Of a stretch of 64,000 nt of DNA, positions 36,227-47,633 are shown piece by piece. The DNA is from an uncultured Anaerolineaceae bacterium (GTDB lineage Bacteria; Chloroflexota; Anaerolineae; Aggregatilineales; Phototrophicaceae). Location of the stretch: assembly GCA_964457835.1 (NCBI GenBank), contig CAYWGJ010000006.1, forward strand, positions 402 to 64,401. Direction: 5' to 3'. Under the pieces are notes generated by a model. It searched no databases and was not told the origin of the DNA. It saw nothing but the letters and a program-made list of their open reading frames with translations. Each line of letters starts with the position of its first letter. Position 1 is the stretch's first letter. The translations under genes were made by a program, and so were the position numbers.

Positions 36227-36420
36227 ACGCGGCATTGTGCGGCCACCACCCTCCAATCTGTGAGGCAATGGGCGGTCGAATCGAAAGCATGGCGGTGAAA
36301 GTGCGTCGTGGCTCGGCGTGGCTCACTGCGTTACCAGGCGGTAGACAGGCGTATATGTCAAGCATTGCGCCTTTTTGTGTGCCGCCTAAAAGAGTCTTAT
36401 AGCCAGGACGGAGTTTGTCT

Positions 36421-36840
36421 ATGCCAACCATCAACCAGTTGGTGCGTAAGGGTCGGCGGGATAAAAAGACCAAGACCAAAGCGCCGGCGCTTCAGTACAC
36501 ACTGAACGCCTATTCCCAGCGCCGCACGCGCCGCCGCAAGGGCGCGCCGCAGAAACGCGGCGTCTGCACCCAGGTGAAGACCATGACTCCCAAGAAGCCC
36601 AACTCGGCGCTGCGTAAAGTGGCGCGTGTGCGGCTTTCCAACGGGATCGAGGTCACGGCTTATATCCCAGGTGAAGGGCATTCCCTCCAAGAGCACAGCG
36701 TCGTGCTGGTGCGTGGTGGGCGTGTGAAGGACCTGCCAGGGGTGCGCTATCACATCGTGCGCGGCACCTTGGACAGCGACGGCGTGAAAAATCGCTCCCA
36801 GGCGCGCAGCAAATATGGTGCCAAGCGCCCCAAGAAGTAA
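36421..36840 (+). CDS. rpsL: 30S ribosomal protein S12
   Basis: [13 protein letters not shown]...[71 protein letters not shown]. Confidence 0.96.
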   Translation: MPTINQLVRKGRRDKKTKTKAPALQYTLNAYSQRRTRRRKGAPQKRGVCTQVKTMTPKKPNSALRKVARVRLSNGIEVTAYIPGEGHSLQEHSVVLVRGGRVKDLPGVRYHIVRGTLDSDGVKNRSQARSKYGAKRPKK

Positions 36841-36854
36841 GAAGGTAGAGACCG

Positions 36855-37322
36855 ATGACCAGAAGAAGTAGCCCACCAAAACGCGGTGTGGTGCCGGATG
36901 CGCGCTACAACAACATCCATGTCGCCATGTTCATCAACCGCATGATGTACGGCGGCAAGAAAAGCACCGCGCAGCGCATCATGTACACAGCCCTGGAAAT
37001 GGTGGAGGAACGCGCCAAGCGTGACCCCATCGAAGTGTTCGAGCAGGCCCTGAGCAACGTGACGCCTACTGTCGAAGTCAAGCCCAAGCGTGTGGGTGGG
37101 TCCACCTACCAGGTGCCCATTGAAGTACCACCGCACCGCGCGACCTCGCTGGCGATGCGTTGGATGCTTCAGTACTCGCGGGCACGGGGCGGGCGCGGCA
37201 TGGCCGCCAGGCTGGCCGCTGAAATCCTGGATGCCGCCAACGGCCAAGGGTCTTCAGTGAAAAAGAAGGACGATACGCATCGGATGGCGGAAGCCAATCG
37301 CGCTTTTGCGCATTTCCGTTAG
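36855..37322 (+). CDS. rpsG: 30S ribosomal protein S7
   Basis: PDARYNN..VAMFINRMMYGGKKSTAQRI...VEVKPKRVGGSTYQVPIEV...RAFAHFR. Confidence 0.96.
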   Translation: MTRRSSPPKRGVVPDARYNNIHVAMFINRMMYGGKKSTAQRIMYTALEMVEERAKRDPIEVFEQALSNVTPTVEVKPKRVGGSTYQVPIEVPPHRATSLAMRWMLQYSRARGGRGMAARLAAEILDAANGQGSSVKKKDDTHRMAEANRAFAHFR

Positions 37323-37385
37323 GGTTCTCTCGGTTTTGAACCGACTACCGTTCGACAGCGCAACACGGGATGACAGTGGACAGGT

Positions 37386-39491
37386 ATGGCGAAGAAAAGC
37401 AACAAGCTCGATCTGAATAAGGTGAGGAACATCGGTATCATTGCCCACATTGACGCGGGCAAAACCACGACGACCGAGCGCGTCCTCTACTACACCGGCA
37501 TGACCCACCGTATCGGTGAGGTACATGAAGGCGCAGCCACCACCGACTACATGGAGCAGGAGCGCGAACGGGGCATCACGATCACCTCGGCTGCCGTCAC
37601 CTGCCGCTGGAACGACCACCAGATCAACGTGATCGACACCCCCGGCCACGTTGACTTCACCGCTGAAGTGCAGCGCAGTCTGCGCGTGCTGGACGGCGGC
37701 GTTGTCGTCTTCGACGCGGTGGCGGGTGTGGAGCCACAGTCCGAAACGGTGTGGCGTCAAGCGGACCAGTATAAGGTGCCGCGCATCTGCTTTGTGAACA
37801 AAATGGACCGCACCGGTGCGGACTTCGAGCGCTGTGTGCAGATGATTGTGGACCGTGTGAACGGCAACCCGGTGCCTATCCAGGTGCCCTATGGTCAGGG
37901 CGACGACTTCGGCGGCATTATCGACTTGCTGGCGATGGAGCTGGTGACCTATGGCGATGACCTGGGAACGGCCATTGAGCGCCACCCCATCCCAGAAAGC
38001 CACCGTGAGACTGCCGAGACCATGCGTTTTGAGATGATCGAGAAGATCGTTGAGAGTGATGAATACCTCACTGAGAAATACCTCATGGAGGAAGAAATCA
38101 CCGACGACGAGATCATGGGCGCGCTGCGTGCGGCCACCATTGCGGGCAAATTGCAGCCCGTGCTGTGCGGCTCCGCATTGAAGAACAAAGGCGTGCAGTT
38201 GATGCTGGACCGCGTGGTGGACCTGCTGCCCTCCCCGCTGGATATTCCGGCTGTGAGCGGCACCCACCCCAAGACTGAAGAAGTCTTGAAGCGCGAAGCC
38301 AACGACGATGAACCGCTGGCCGCGCTGGTGTTCAAGATCGTGACGGACCCCTTCGTGGGCCGTCTGGCCTTTGTGCGCGTCTACAGCGGCGTGCTGCGCG
38401 CCGGCACCACGGTGTCCAACACGACAAAGGGTAAGCGTGAGCGCATCGGGCGTATCGTCCGTATGTTTGCCGACCGCCGCGAGGACGTGGAAGAAGTGCA
38501 CGCTGGTGACATCGCCGCCATCCTGGCGCTGAAGGAAACCTTCACCGGTGATACCCTGGCCGCACCCGATGATCCCATCATCCTGGAAAATATCTCCTTC
38601 CCGGCTCCTGTGGTCGAGGTGGCGATTGAGCCGAACAGTAAGGCAGACCAGGACAAGATGGGTATCGCGCTGCGCCGCCTGGCCGAAGAAGACCCGACCT
38701 TCCAGGTCGAGGTGGACGACGCCCAGACCCTGCTGCGCGGCATGGGTGAGCTGCACCTAGAGGTCCTTGTGGACCGCCTGATGCGTGAGTTTGGCGTGCA
38801 GGCGACTGTGGGCCGCCCGCGTGTGTCCTACCGCGAGACGATCACCCGTTCCACCCGCATGGATACCACCTTCAAGCGCCAGACCGGCGGTTCAGGTCAG
38901 TATGCGCGCGTGGTGTTCGAGGTTGAGCCGATGAGCGAAGAGGAGATGGAGGCCGAAGAACTCCAAGACGGCCTGCTCTTTGTGGATGCGATCAAAGGTG
39001 GTTCGGTGCCGCGGGAGTTTATCCGGCCCACTGAGCACGGCTTCCGTGAAGCGATGCTGGGTGGTGTGATGGCGGGTTACCCCGTGGTGGGCGTGAAGGC
39101 CCGCCTGGTAGACGGTGCCTCGCATGACGTGGACTCCAGTGAAATGGCGTTCAAGATTGCAGGCTCCATGTGTGCTAAAGACGCGGTGCGACAGGCTGCG
39201 CCCGTCATCCTGGAACCGTCGATGAAGGTAGAAGTGGTGGTGCCTGATGACTATACCGGCTCGGTGGTCGGTGACCTGTCGTCGCGGCGTGGGGTGATCG
39301 CGGGTATGGAACCGCGTGGTCCCGGCGTCAGCACGATCCGTGCCTCGGTGCCGCTGGCCGAAATGTTCGGCTACGCCAATAACCTGCGCAACATCACGCA
39401 GGGCCGTGGGAACTTCACGATGGAATTCGATAAGTATACTGTCGCGCCCCAGAATATCGCCGAAGAAGTGATCAAGGGCAGCGCGAAGTAG
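37386..39491 (+). CDS. fusA: Elongation factor G
   Basis: [26 protein letters not shown]...[25 protein letters not shown]...FVNKMDR. Confidence 0.96.
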   Translation: MAKKSNKLDLNKVRNIGIIAHIDAGKTTTTERVLYYTGMTHRIGEVHEGAATTDYMEQERERGITITSAAVTCRWNDHQINVIDTPGHVDFTAEVQRSLRVLDGGVVVFDAVAGVEPQSETVWRQADQYKVPRICFVNKMDRTGADFERCVQMIVDRVNGNPVPIQVPYGQGDDFGGIIDLLAMELVTYGDDLGTAIERHPIPESHRETAETMRFEMIEKIVESDEYLTEKYLMEEEITDDEIMGALRAATIAGKLQPVLCGSALKNKGVQLMLDRVVDLLPSPLDIPAVSGTHPKTEEVLKREANDDEPLAALVFKIVTDPFVGRLAFVRVYSGVLRAGTTVSNTTKGKRERIGRIVRMFADRREDVEEVHAGDIAAILALKETFTGDTLAAPDDPIILENISFPAPVVEVAIEPNSKADQDKMGIALRRLAEEDPTFQVEVDDAQTLLRGMGELHLEVLVDRLMREFGVQATVGRPRVSYRETITRSTRMDTTFKRQTGGSGQYARVVFEVEPMSEEEMEAEELQDGLLFVDAIKGGSVPREFIRPTEHGFREAMLGGVMAGYPVVGVKARLVDGASHDVDSSEMAFKIAGSMCAKDAVRQAAPVILEPSMKVEVVVPDDYTGSVVGDLSSRRGVIAGMEPRGPGVSTIRASVPLAEMFGYANNLRNITQGRGNFTMEFDKYTVAPQNIAEEVIKGSAK

Positions 39492-39560
39492 AAATTGTTC
39501 GCTGCGTGTCTCACGCTGGTTGTATACGCAAGTCAGAGCAAGGAAGAAGGACGATAAACG

Positions 39561-40754
39561 ATGAGCAAGTTCGAACGCAGTAAGCCGCACGTCAACATCG
39601 GTACTATCGGTCACGTTGACCACGGTAAGACCACGCTGACCGCGGCCATCACCAAGGTGCTGGGCCTCAGCGGCCAGGCCGAGCTGATGAACTACGAGGA
39701 CATCGACAACGCGCCGGAAGAGAAGGCTCGCGGTATCACCATCAGCATCCGCCACGTTGAATACGAGACCGAAGCACGCCACTATGCCCACGTGGACTGC
39801 CCCGGTCACCGCGACTACATCAAGAACATGATCACTGGTGCAGCCCAGATGGATGGCGCGATCCTGGTGGTGAGCGCCCCTGACGGCCCCATGCCGCAGA
39901 CCCGTGAGCACGTCCTGCTGGCACGCCAGGTGGAAGTGCCGGCCATGGTCATCTTCCTGAACAAGATTGACCAGATGGACGACGAAGAGCTGTTGGAATT
40001 GGTCGAACTGGAACTCCAGGAACTGCTGGAGAGCTACGGCTTCGACCCGGAGACCCCGATCATCCGTGGCTCCGCTCTGGCCGTGACCGAGTCCAGCGCT
40101 GAAAACCGTGAAGCGCCGGAATACGAGCCGATCCTGAAGCTGATGGACGCCGTGGACGAGTGGATCCCCACGCCGGAGCGTGACGTGGACAAGCCCTTCC
40201 TGATGCCCATCGAAGACGTATTCACCATCCAGGGCCGCGGTACCGTGGTGACTGGCCGTGTGGACCGCGGTGTGCTGACCAAGGGCGAGGAAATCGAGAT
40301 CATCGGCCTGCGTGAAGAGCGCATGAAGACGATCGTGACCGGTATCGAAATGTTCCACAAGGAACTGGATCGCGCTGAAGCTGGTGACAACGCCGGTGTG
40401 CTGCTGCGCGGTACCAAACGTGACGAAGTGGAGCGCGGTATGGTGCTGGCTAAGCCCGGCTCGATTACCCCGTATCGCAAGTTCATGAGCGAAGTGTACG
40501 TGCTGCGTAAGGACGAGGGTGGCCGCCACAAGGCCTTCTTCTCCGGCTACCGCCCGCAGTTCTTCATCCGCACTATGGACGTGACCGGTACCATCACTCT
40601 GCCTGACGGCGTGGAAATGGTGATGCCCGGCGACAGCGTGAACCTGGAAGTCGAGCTGATCACCCCGGTGGCGCTGGAAAAAGGCTCCAAGTTCGCTATC
40701 CGTGAAGGTGGTCTGACGGTGGGTGCAGGCATCATCACTGAGGTGCTTGAGTAA
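39561..40754 (+). CDS. tuf: Elongation factor Tu
   Basis: [24 protein letters not shown]...[30 protein letters not shown]...FLNKIDQ. Confidence 0.97.
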   Translation: MSKFERSKPHVNIGTIGHVDHGKTTLTAAITKVLGLSGQAELMNYEDIDNAPEEKARGITISIRHVEYETEARHYAHVDCPGHRDYIKNMITGAAQMDGAILVVSAPDGPMPQTREHVLLARQVEVPAMVIFLNKIDQMDDEELLELVELELQELLESYGFDPETPIIRGSALAVTESSAENREAPEYEPILKLMDAVDEWIPTPERDVDKPFLMPIEDVFTIQGRGTVVTGRVDRGVLTKGEEIEIIGLREERMKTIVTGIEMFHKELDRAEAGDNAGVLLRGTKRDEVERGMVLAKPGSITPYRKFMSEVYVLRKDEGGRHKAFFSGYRPQFFIRTMDVTGTITLPDGVEMVMPGDSVNLEVELITPVALEKGSKFAIREGGLTVGAGIITEVLE

Positions 40755-40782
40755 CCCCGCCCTTCGCATAAACGTGAGTGCC

Positions 40783-40817
40783 CGATGCCGGGAGTTGTAA
40801 AGGATCTCCCGGCATCG
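40783..40817 (+). promoter_or_regulatory. 12-bp hairpin between tuf and rpsJ (processing or partial-terminator candidate)
   Basis: CGATGCCGGGAG (40783-40794) pairs with CTCCCGGCATCG (40806-40817) with an 11-nt loop. No U-tract follows. Confidence 0.4.
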
Positions 40818-40842
40818 TTGACCCTAGCTGTAGGATGTGATT

Positions 40843-41154
40843 ATGGCGATCAAAAACAAGATACGCATCCGGCTCAAGGCATACGATCACCGCGCGATCG
40901 ATCAATTCGCGCAGCGGATCGTTGAGGCAGCCGAACGGAGCGGTGCGCGAGTGGTTGGCCCAGTGCCGCTGCCGACGAGGATCGAACGCTTTACTGTACG
41001 GCGTTCGCCCTTCATCGACAAAGACTCGCAGGAACATTTTGAGATCCGCACCCACAAGCGCCTCATTGACGTCCTTGACCCGGACAGCAAGACGATCGAT
41101 ACCCTGATGCGCCTCAATGGCCCCGCGGGTGTCGATATCGAGATCAAGATTTAA
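40843..41154 (+). CDS. rpsJ: 30S ribosomal protein S10
   Basis: [21 protein letters not shown]...GPVPLPT...[28 protein letters not shown]. Confidence 0.95.
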   Translation: MAIKNKIRIRLKAYDHRAIDQFAQRIVEAAERSGARVVGPVPLPTRIERFTVRRSPFIDKDSQEHFEIRTHKRLIDVLDPDSKTIDTLMRLNGPAGVDIEIKI

Positions 41155-41294
41155 CGCACAACAAACGCAAGCGGGCAGCTCGTCCGCCAATGCGGGCGTA
41201 CCCATACGCTTTGTACGCTGAGTCAGGCAGGGGTTGGGGGCACAGTCCCCGCACTCTCTATTGAGTGCAGCATCCCGCCGTGGAGGTAGTAAGT

Positions 41295-41948
41295 ATGAAA
41301 GGCATGATTGGCAGAAAAGTCGGCATGACCCAGGTCTTCGATGACAACGGGAGTGCTGTGCCGGTGACGATTATCCAAGCGGGTCCCTGCTACGTGACCC
41401 AAGTCCGCAGTGCGGACCGTGATGGCTACGTAGCGGTGCAGTTGGGCTATGAAGAAACTAAGCCCACCCGCCTGACCCAAGGCCAGTTGGGGCATCTTCA
41501 GCGCAATAACCTGCCCGCGCTGAAGGTCCTGCGTGAGTTCCGCTTGAAAGGCGACGATGAACTCGGCTTGGCTGAGGGCGATGAAATCAAGGTAGACATC
41601 TTTGAAAAGGGCGAACGGGTCGATGTGATTGGTACGACCAAGGGCCGGGGCTTTGCTGGGCACATCAAGCGTCATGGCTTCGCACGCGGCCCCAAGACCC
41701 ACGGTCAGTCCGACCGTGAACGCGCGCCCGGCTCGGCAGGCATGTGTGCGTCACCCGGTCGCACCCTTAAGGGGCAGCGCATGAGCGGGCGCATGGGTAA
41801 TGATCGCGTCACCATCCAAAACCTTGAAGTCGTGGTGGTCGATGCCGAAAATAACCTCCTGGCCGTCAAGGGGTCAATTCCGGGCACCCGCAATGGCATT
41901 GTAATCATCCGTCCGGCTCGTAAATCGCGCAAGCAGCGCAGCAGTTAG
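41295..41948 (+). CDS. rplC: 50S ribosomal protein L3
   Basis: MKGMIGRKVGMTQVFDDNG.AVPVTIIQAGPC...TKGRGFAGHIKRHGF. GGAGG RBS before ATG 41295. Confidence 0.95.
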   Translation: MKGMIGRKVGMTQVFDDNGSAVPVTIIQAGPCYVTQVRSADRDGYVAVQLGYEETKPTRLTQGQLGHLQRNNLPALKVLREFRLKGDDELGLAEGDEIKVDIFEKGERVDVIGTTKGRGFAGHIKRHGFARGPKTHGQSDRERAPGSAGMCASPGRTLKGQRMSGRMGNDRVTIQNLEVVVVDAENNLLAVKGSIPGTRNGIVIIRPARKSRKQRSS

Positions 41949-41966
41949 GCGGAGGAGGTTACTGAT

Positions 41967-42605
41967 ATGGAATTCCCAGTGTTGGATATGAGCGGTAAGG
42001 AAGTCTCGACTGTGGAGCTTCCCGCCGAGATTTTCGGGATCTCGCGCGAAGACATCAACGTCGGCCTGATGCATCAGGCTTTCGTGCGCCAGATGGCGAA
42101 TGCCCGCCAGGGAACCCACAAGACGAAGACCCGCAGCGAAGTGCGGATCAGCAAAGCTAAGCTGTATCGGCAGAAGGGCACAGGCCGCGCCCGTCATGGC
42201 TCTAAGAACGCGCCGATCTTCGTTGGTGGTGGTCAAGCACATGGCCCGCGCCCGCGCAGTTACGTCAAGAAGATGCCGCGCGAGATGCGGCGTGGTGCTG
42301 TACGTCATGCACTGAGTGTTTTGGTCAGTGACGAACAGCTGCTGGTTGTTGATCAGTTCGTTGTCGAGTCGCACAAGACCAAAGATATGCGGGCGCTGCT
42401 GGGCGCGCTGGTCGGCGAGCAGTCGGCCTTGGTGCTGCTGCCGGAGCGTAACGAAACAGCGGAGCGGGGCATTCGTAACCTGCCCAACGCACGCTACCTG
42501 CGGGCCAGCTACCTCAACATCCGGGACCTGTTGAATTACGACAAGGTCATCATGCCGCTCGACGCGCTTGAGGTCATCAAGCAAATCTGGGGCAAAGGAG
42601 AGTAA
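41967..42605 (+). CDS. rplD: 50S ribosomal protein L4
   Basis: [56 protein letters not shown]. Confidence 0.95.
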   Translation: MEFPVLDMSGKEVSTVELPAEIFGISREDINVGLMHQAFVRQMANARQGTHKTKTRSEVRISKAKLYRQKGTGRARHGSKNAPIFVGGGQAHGPRPRSYVKKMPREMRRGAVRHALSVLVSDEQLLVVDQFVVESHKTKDMRALLGALVGEQSALVLLPERNETAERGIRNLPNARYLRASYLNIRDLLNYDKVIMPLDALEVIKQIWGKGE

Positions 42606-42607
42606 GC

Positions 42608-42904
42608 ATGGCACAGCTGCACATCTACGACGTGATTCGCCGCCCGGTCATCACCGAGAAGTCCAACGCGATGTCGGGTGAATTTAATCAGTACGTATTC
42701 GAGGTCGCCCCCAACGCCAACAAGATTCAAATCCGCGAGGCGGTGGAGGTCATGTTCGACGTTGAGGTGCTGAAGGTCAACACGATGGTGATGCCGGCCA
42801 AGCGGGGCCGCCGTGGGCGCAAGTGGTATCGGCGCTCCAAGCAGTGGAAGAAGGCGATTGTGACGCTGCCTTCCGGCCAGACCATCGGCATCTTCGAAGT
42901 GTAG
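42608..42904 (+). CDS. rplW: 50S ribosomal protein L23
   Basis: YDVIRRPVITEKS...YVFEVAPNANKIQIREAVEVMFDVEV..VNT. Confidence 0.95.
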   Translation: MAQLHIYDVIRRPVITEKSNAMSGEFNQYVFEVAPNANKIQIREAVEVMFDVEVLKVNTMVMPAKRGRRGRKWYRRSKQWKKAIVTLPSGQTIGIFEV

Positions 42905-42916
42905 GGATAGAAAACT

Positions 42917-43750
42917 ATGCCGATTAAAGTCTACAAGCCCACGTCGGCGGGCCGCCGCGACATGACGGGCTTCACCTTTGAAGAGATCACCAAGTCGAAG
43001 CCGGAACGCGCGCTGACCGAAGCGCTGCGCAAGACCGGTGGTCGCAATAACAAGGGCCGCGTGACAGTGCGCCATCGTGGTGGTGGTCACAAGCGGCGTT
43101 ACCGCATCATTGACTTCAAGCGCGATAAGTTCGATTGCAAAGCGGAAGTGGTTGCCATTGAATACGACCCCAACCGCTCGGCGCGCATCGCGCTGCTGCA
43201 ATATGAAGATGGCGAAAAGCGCTACATCATCGCGCCCCTGGGTGTGAAGGTGGGGGATACGCTGGGCAACGGCCATCAAGCGGTCCTGCGACCAGGCAAT
43301 GCCATGCCCATCAAAGACATCCCGGTCGGTACGCAGATTCACAATATCGAGCTGCGCCCCGGTAAGGGGGGGCAGCTTGCACGCTCCGCAGGTACCTCCG
43401 CGCAGTTATTGGCAAAGGAAGGCACCTACGCCCAGGTCCGTATGCCCAGTGGTGAAGTGCGCTTGATCCATGAGCGCTGTATGGCCACGATTGGGCAGGT
43501 GGGCAACACGGAACATGGCAACGTGGCCCTGGGCAAGGCAGGCCGTGCACGCTGGCTGGGCTGGCGTCCGTCCGTGCGTGGTACCGCTATGGACCCGGCT
43601 AGCCATCCCCACGGGGGTGGTGAAGGCCGCACGGGTGTCGGTATGGCCGCGCCTAAGACCCCCTGGGGCAAGAAAGCCCTTGGGGCCCGCACCCGCGCCA
43701 ATAAGCGCACCGATCAGTTCATCGTGCGCCGCCGGGGCCGCCGCCGTTAG
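42917..43750 (+). CDS. rplB: 50S ribosomal protein L2
   Basis: [29 protein letters not shown]...[20 protein letters not shown]. Confidence 0.96.
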   Translation: MPIKVYKPTSAGRRDMTGFTFEEITKSKPERALTEALRKTGGRNNKGRVTVRHRGGGHKRRYRIIDFKRDKFDCKAEVVAIEYDPNRSARIALLQYEDGEKRYIIAPLGVKVGDTLGNGHQAVLRPGNAMPIKDIPVGTQIHNIELRPGKGGQLARSAGTSAQLLAKEGTYAQVRMPSGEVRLIHERCMATIGQVGNTEHGNVALGKAGRARWLGWRPSVRGTAMDPASHPHGGGEGRTGVGMAAPKTPWGKKALGARTRANKRTDQFIVRRRGRRR

Positions 43751-43782
43751 GCTGCGCTACTGAAAGAGCGAGGAGTAAGCTC

Positions 43783-44058
43783 ATGGGACGTTCGCTGAAA
43801 AAAGGGCCGTATATCGACCCCAGCCTGCTCAAAAAAATTGAGCGGCTGAACGAACAGAAAAAGAAAGTGGTCATCCGTACCTGGAGCCGCGCCAGCACGA
43901 TCTTCCCCCAGATGGTGGGGCATACGATTGCCATTCACGATGGGCGGCGTCATGTGCCGATCTACATCACCGAGAACATGGTGGGCCACAAGCTGGGCGA
44001 ATTCGCCCCGACCCGGACCTACCGTGGGCACCTGGTTGAGAAGAAGAAGAAGCGGTAG
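43783..44058 (+). CDS. rpsS: 30S ribosomal protein S19
   Basis: [19 protein letters not shown]...[48 protein letters not shown]. Confidence 0.96.
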   Translation: MGRSLKKGPYIDPSLLKKIERLNEQKKKVVIRTWSRASTIFPQMVGHTIAIHDGRRHVPIYITENMVGHKLGEFAPTRTYRGHLVEKKKKR

Positions 44059-44070
44059 AGGAGAGCGATC

Positions 44071-44412
44071 ATGGAAGTACGTGCCAAGCAAAAGTACATC
44101 GCCATCTCTCCTCAGAAGCTGCGCCTGGTCTGTGACCAAGTGCGCGGCATGGATGCCGAGCAGGCGGTGATCGTGCTGGACTACACCCCCAACAAGGGGG
44201 CGGGGATCATCAGGAAGACGCTGCAATCGGCGATTGCTAATGCCGAGAACAACTTCGACCTGAACCCCGGCGACCTTTACATCGCGCAAATCTTCGCGGA
44301 TGAAGGTGCACGGATGAAGCGTTTTACCGCCGGCGCACGTGGCCGTTATAAACCGCGTGTGAAGCGGACTTCACATCTGACCATCATCCTATCTGAGCGA
44401 GAGGAAGCGTAA
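44071..44412 (+). CDS. rplV: 50S ribosomal protein L22
   Basis: AKQKYIAISPQKLRLVCDQVRGMDAEQA...ADEGARMKRFTAGARGRYKPRVKRTSHLTIIL. Confidence 0.95.
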   Translation: MEVRAKQKYIAISPQKLRLVCDQVRGMDAEQAVIVLDYTPNKGAGIIRKTLQSAIANAENNFDLNPGDLYIAQIFADEGARMKRFTAGARGRYKPRVKRTSHLTIILSEREEA

Positions 44413-45110
44413 TGGGTCGTAAAGTTAACCCGGTTGGGTTCCGTTTGAAGATTAACCGCGATTGGGATGCCCGCTGGTACGCTGAGGGTGACCGCTACGT
44501 TGATCTGCTGCATGAGGATCGCATGATCCGTGACTACATCCGCAAGGAAGCGGGTAAAGCGGGGGTTTCGCGTATCGAGATCGAACGCTTCCCCAACCAA
44601 GTCGTCGTGACGATCCACACCATGCGCCCCGGCATTGTCATCGGGCGTAAGGGCGAGGCGGTCAAGAAGATGAAACAGGACATCCAGCGCATGACGGGTA
44701 AGAGTGTGCGCGTGGAAGTCAGCGAGATTACCAAGCCGGACCTAGATGCTTACCTGGTGGCGGAGAATATCGGCGGCCAGCTTGAGCGCCGTATCGGTCA
44801 CAGCCGTGCTATGAAGCGTGCTGTACAGCAATGTATGCGCGCTGGCGGTAAGGGCATCCGCATTGAAATCAGCGGTCGCCTGGCCGGTGCCGACATGGCC
44901 CGTCGTGAAATGCTGAGCGAGGGGCGGGTGCCGCGTAACACTATCCGCGCCGATATCGACTACGGCTTCGCTGAAGCCCTGACGACCTTTGGCCGTATTG
45001 GCATCAAGGTTTGGATCTATAAGGGCGAAATCCTCCAGATGGAGGACAAGGACGCCAAAGACAAAAAGCAGCGTTCCGGTGGCAAGACCGACGCCTACGC
45101 TAATTCATAG
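44412..45110 (+). CDS. rpsC: 30S ribosomal protein S3
   Basis: [24 protein letters not shown]...KH and C-terminal domains...[12 protein letters not shown]. Confidence 0.96.
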   Translation: MGRKVNPVGFRLKINRDWDARWYAEGDRYVDLLHEDRMIRDYIRKEAGKAGVSRIEIERFPNQVVVTIHTMRPGIVIGRKGEAVKKMKQDIQRMTGKSVRVEVSEITKPDLDAYLVAENIGGQLERRIGHSRAMKRAVQQCMRAGGKGIRIEISGRLAGADMARREMLSEGRVPRNTIRADIDYGFAEALTTFGRIGIKVWIYKGEILQMEDKDAKDKKQRSGGKTDAYANS

Positions 45111-45156
45111 GCGTCGGGCCTCGGCGTGCTGCTGGAGAGTTGAGGAGAAACGACTC

Positions 45157-45591
45157 ATGTTGATGCCAAAGCGAGTCAAATACCGTAAGCAGTTCCGTGG
45201 GCGTATGCGTGGCAAAGCTTACCGCGGGTCGGTGGTGCAGTTCGGCGATTACGGCCTGCAAGCCACCGAACCGGTGTGGCTCACCAGCCGCCAGATCGAA
45301 TCCGCCCGCCGTGCCATGACGCGCTACATCAAGCGCCGTGGCAAGATTTGGATCCGGGTGTTCCCGGATAAGCCCATTACCCAAAAGGCCGCGGAAACGC
45401 GCATGGGTAAGGGTAAAGGTGCCGTGGAGTACTGGGTGGCGGTGATTAAGCCGGGCCGTGTGCTTTTTGAGATGAGCGGCGTGAGCGAAGAAGATGCGCG
45501 TGAAGCGCTGCGTCTGGCTTCGCACAAGCTGCCGGTCAAGACCAAGTTCGTCAAGCGCATTGACCCCATCAGCGGGCAGGAGATGAACTAA
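45157..45591 (+). CDS. rplP: 50S ribosomal protein L16
   Basis: [32 protein letters not shown]...[27 protein letters not shown] 45157 lies inside the longer ORF-track frame. Confidence 0.95.
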   Translation: MLMPKRVKYRKQFRGRMRGKAYRGSVVQFGDYGLQATEPVWLTSRQIESARRAMTRYIKRRGKIWIRVFPDKPITQKAAETRMGKGKGAVEYWVAVIKPGRVLFEMSGVSEEDAREALRLASHKLPVKTKFVKRIDPISGQEMN

Positions 45592-45592
45592 T

Positions 45593-45844
45593 ATGGTCGC
45601 CAAACTGCATGTCAACGACATCCGCAAGATGACGGATGAGCAAATCCTGGATGCCATCGAGGATACCCACCAGGAAATGTGGGAACTGCGCCTGAATAAA
45701 GCGACCGGTGAGCTGGAAAACGTCAACCTTATCAAGCTCAATCGTCGCAACCTGGCGCGCCTGAAGACAGTGCTGCGTGAGCGTCAGTTGGCGGCTGAAC
45801 TGGCCGTTGCCAGCAGCACGGAAGAGGGATCGAACAATGCCTAA
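45593..45844 (+). CDS. rpmC: 50S ribosomal protein L29
   Basis: Position between L16 and S17; IRKMTDEQILDAIEDTHQEMWELRLNKATGELEN...L.RLKTVLRER. Confidence 0.9.
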   Translation: MVAKLHVNDIRKMTDEQILDAIEDTHQEMWELRLNKATGELENVNLIKLNRRNLARLKTVLRERQLAAELAVASSTEEGSNNA

Positions 45845-46142
45845 CAACCGTCGGCGGCTGCAGGGCCGCGTCGTCAGCGACAAGATGGACAAGACGGTCG
45901 TCGTGGAAATCGAACGACGTAAGATGCACCGTGTGTATAAGAAGGTTGTGCGCACAACGAAGCGTGTGATGGCCCACGACGAAAGTAATGCAATCGAGGT
46001 GGGTACCATCGTCCGTATTGTAGAGAGCAAGCCGCTGAGCAAGAATAAGCGCTGGGTGGTGGAGACGATTATTGAACTGCCGGGCGGCGTTAAGCCGGAA
46101 GAACTGGCGGCTGCCGCCAACGCGGACGTTGAGGAGGCTTAG
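45837..46142 (+). CDS. rpsQ: 30S ribosomal protein S17
   Basis: [49 protein letters not shown]...[18 protein letters not shown]. The ATG overlaps the rpmC 3' end. Confidence 0.95.
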   Translation: MPNNRRRLQGRVVSDKMDKTVVVEIERRKMHRVYKKVVRTTKRVMAHDESNAIEVGTIVRIVESKPLSKNKRWVVETIIELPGGVKPEELAAAANADVEEA

Positions 46143-46144
46143 CC

Positions 46145-46516
46145 ATGATCCAGACGGAATCACGCCTCAAAGTGGCCGACAACAGCGGCGCACAAGAAAT
46201 CTTGGTCATCCGCGTGCTGGGTGGCTCCAAGAAGAAATACGGGCGCGTAGGCGATATCGTGGTGGCTACTGTCAAGTCCGCCAGCACCCAAGGCAGCATC
46301 AAGAAAAGTGACATCGTGCGTGCGGTTATTGTGCGCACAGCCAAGGAATACCGCCGGGCGGATGGTTCCTATATCCGCTTCGATGATAACGCGGTGGTGA
46401 TCCTGGCCGATGACATGACCAATCCCAAAGGGACGCGCGTATTCGGCCCGGTAGCCCGTGAGCTGCGTGACAAGGGCTTCATGAAGATCGTCTCCTTGGC
46501 CCCGGAAACCCTGTAG
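46145..46516 (+). CDS. rplN: 50S ribosomal protein L14
   Basis: [28 protein letters not shown]...[12 protein letters not shown]...[13 protein letters not shown]. Confidence 0.96.
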   Translation: MIQTESRLKVADNSGAQEILVIRVLGGSKKKYGRVGDIVVATVKSASTQGSIKKSDIVRAVIVRTAKEYRRADGSYIRFDDNAVVILADDMTNPKGTRVFGPVARELRDKGFMKIVSLAPETL

Positions 46517-46531
46517 GGAAAAGGTGAAGCA

Positions 46532-46855
46532 ATGCAGCGGATCAAGAAAGGCGACATCGTAGAAGTCATCGCCGGCAAGGACATCGGCGTCCAGGGCGAG
46601 GTGATTGAGGTGCGCAACAAGACCAACCGGGTCATCGTGAGTGGTGTGAACCTGTCGAAGCGGCACCATAAAGCGCGCCAGGTGGGTACCCAGCAGATCC
46701 CGGCACAGATCGTCGAGTTCGACGCGCCGGTGCATCTCTCGAACGTGATGCTGGTTTGCCCTAGCTGCGGCGAGCGCACGCGCGTGGGCTTCCGCTTTGC
46801 TGACGATGACCGCAAGGTGCGCTTCTGTAAGAAGTGCGACGCCAACGTCGATTAG
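46532..46855 (+). CDS. rplX: 50S ribosomal protein L24 (with a C-terminal Cys4 motif)
   Basis: KOW region: [25 protein letters not shown]-terminal CPSCGERTR...FCKKC. Confidence 0.93.
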   Translation: MQRIKKGDIVEVIAGKDIGVQGEVIEVRNKTNRVIVSGVNLSKRHHKARQVGTQQIPAQIVEFDAPVHLSNVMLVCPSCGERTRVGFRFADDDRKVRFCKKCDANVD

Positions 46856-46873
46856 TGGAACGGACGGTAAGCA

Positions 46874-47437
46874 ATGACTGAAGCAGAGGCCAAGGTTGTC
46901 CCGGTGCTCCTGGCGCGTTACCAGGAAGAAATCGTGCCGACTTTGATGAACGAGTTTCAATACAAGAACGTGATGCAGGTCCCCCGGGTTGAGAAGGTCG
47001 TAGTGAATATCGGTATGGGTGAGGCTAACGACGATCCCAAGACCCTCGATAGCGCGGTCACCGACCTGCGCATCATTACGGGTCAGCAGCCTATCATCAC
47101 CCGTGCCAAGAAGAGCATCGCTGGCTTTAAGCTGCGTGAGGGGCGCGCCATCGGTGTCAAGGTGACCCTGCGCGGTGAGAAGATGTGGTCCATGCTGGAC
47201 CGCCTAATGAATGTCGCGCTGCCTCGTATTCGTGACTTCCGCGGTGTGCCTGCCAAGCTGGACGGGCGCGGAAACTATACCATCGGCCTGCGCGAACAAC
47301 TGATCTTCCCGGAGATCGAGTTCGACAAGGTGGACAAAGTACGCGGCATGGAAATCACGATCGTAACCACCGCCAAGTCTGATGAGGAGGGCCGCCGCTT
47401 GTTGAAGCTGCTAGGTATGCCCTTCCAGGAGAACTAG
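46874..47437 (+). CDS. rplE: 50S ribosomal protein L5
   Basis: [20 protein letters not shown]...[41 protein letters not shown]. Confidence 0.96.
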   Translation: MTEAEAKVVPVLLARYQEEIVPTLMNEFQYKNVMQVPRVEKVVVNIGMGEANDDPKTLDSAVTDLRIITGQQPIITRAKKSIAGFKLREGRAIGVKVTLRGEKMWSMLDRLMNVALPRIRDFRGVPAKLDGRGNYTIGLREQLIFPEIEFDKVDKVRGMEITIVTTAKSDEEGRRLLKLLGMPFQEN

Positions 47438-47439
47438 CT

Positions 47440-47622
47440 ATGGCTAAGACATCAATGATTGAACGCGAGAAGAAGCGCAAGTACAAGGTGCGCGAGCGCA
47501 ACCGCTGCAAGCGCTGTGGCCGCCCGCGCGGATACTACCGCCGCTTCGGCCTGTGCCGCATCTGCCTGCGTGAAATGGCGCTGAAGGGCGAACTGCCCGG
47601 CGTTGTGAAGTCGAGCTGGTAG
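47440..47622 (+). CDS. rpsN: 30S ribosomal protein S14, zinc-binding type Z
   Basis: 60 aa: [60 protein letters not shown]. Confidence 0.95.
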   Translation: MAKTSMIEREKKRKYKVRERNRCKRCGRPRGYYRRFGLCRICLREMALKGELPGVVKSSW

Positions 47623-47633
47623 GGAGAGCCGTT

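Noticed and set aside
36374-36387. 14-nt identity TTTGTGTGCCGCCT shared between the rpsL leader (36374-36387) and the hairpin after the LCP gene (62958-62971)
   Set aside because: A rough estimate gives several chance 14-mer matches in a 64-kb window counting both strands, so it falls within expectation. The flanks are not similar.
37254-40769. 500-aa and 625-aa minus-strand ORFs (37254-38756 and 38892-40769)
   Set aside because: They are antisense to fusA and tuf, which are certain. They show no domain signatures and are long open antisense frames typical of GC-rich DNA.
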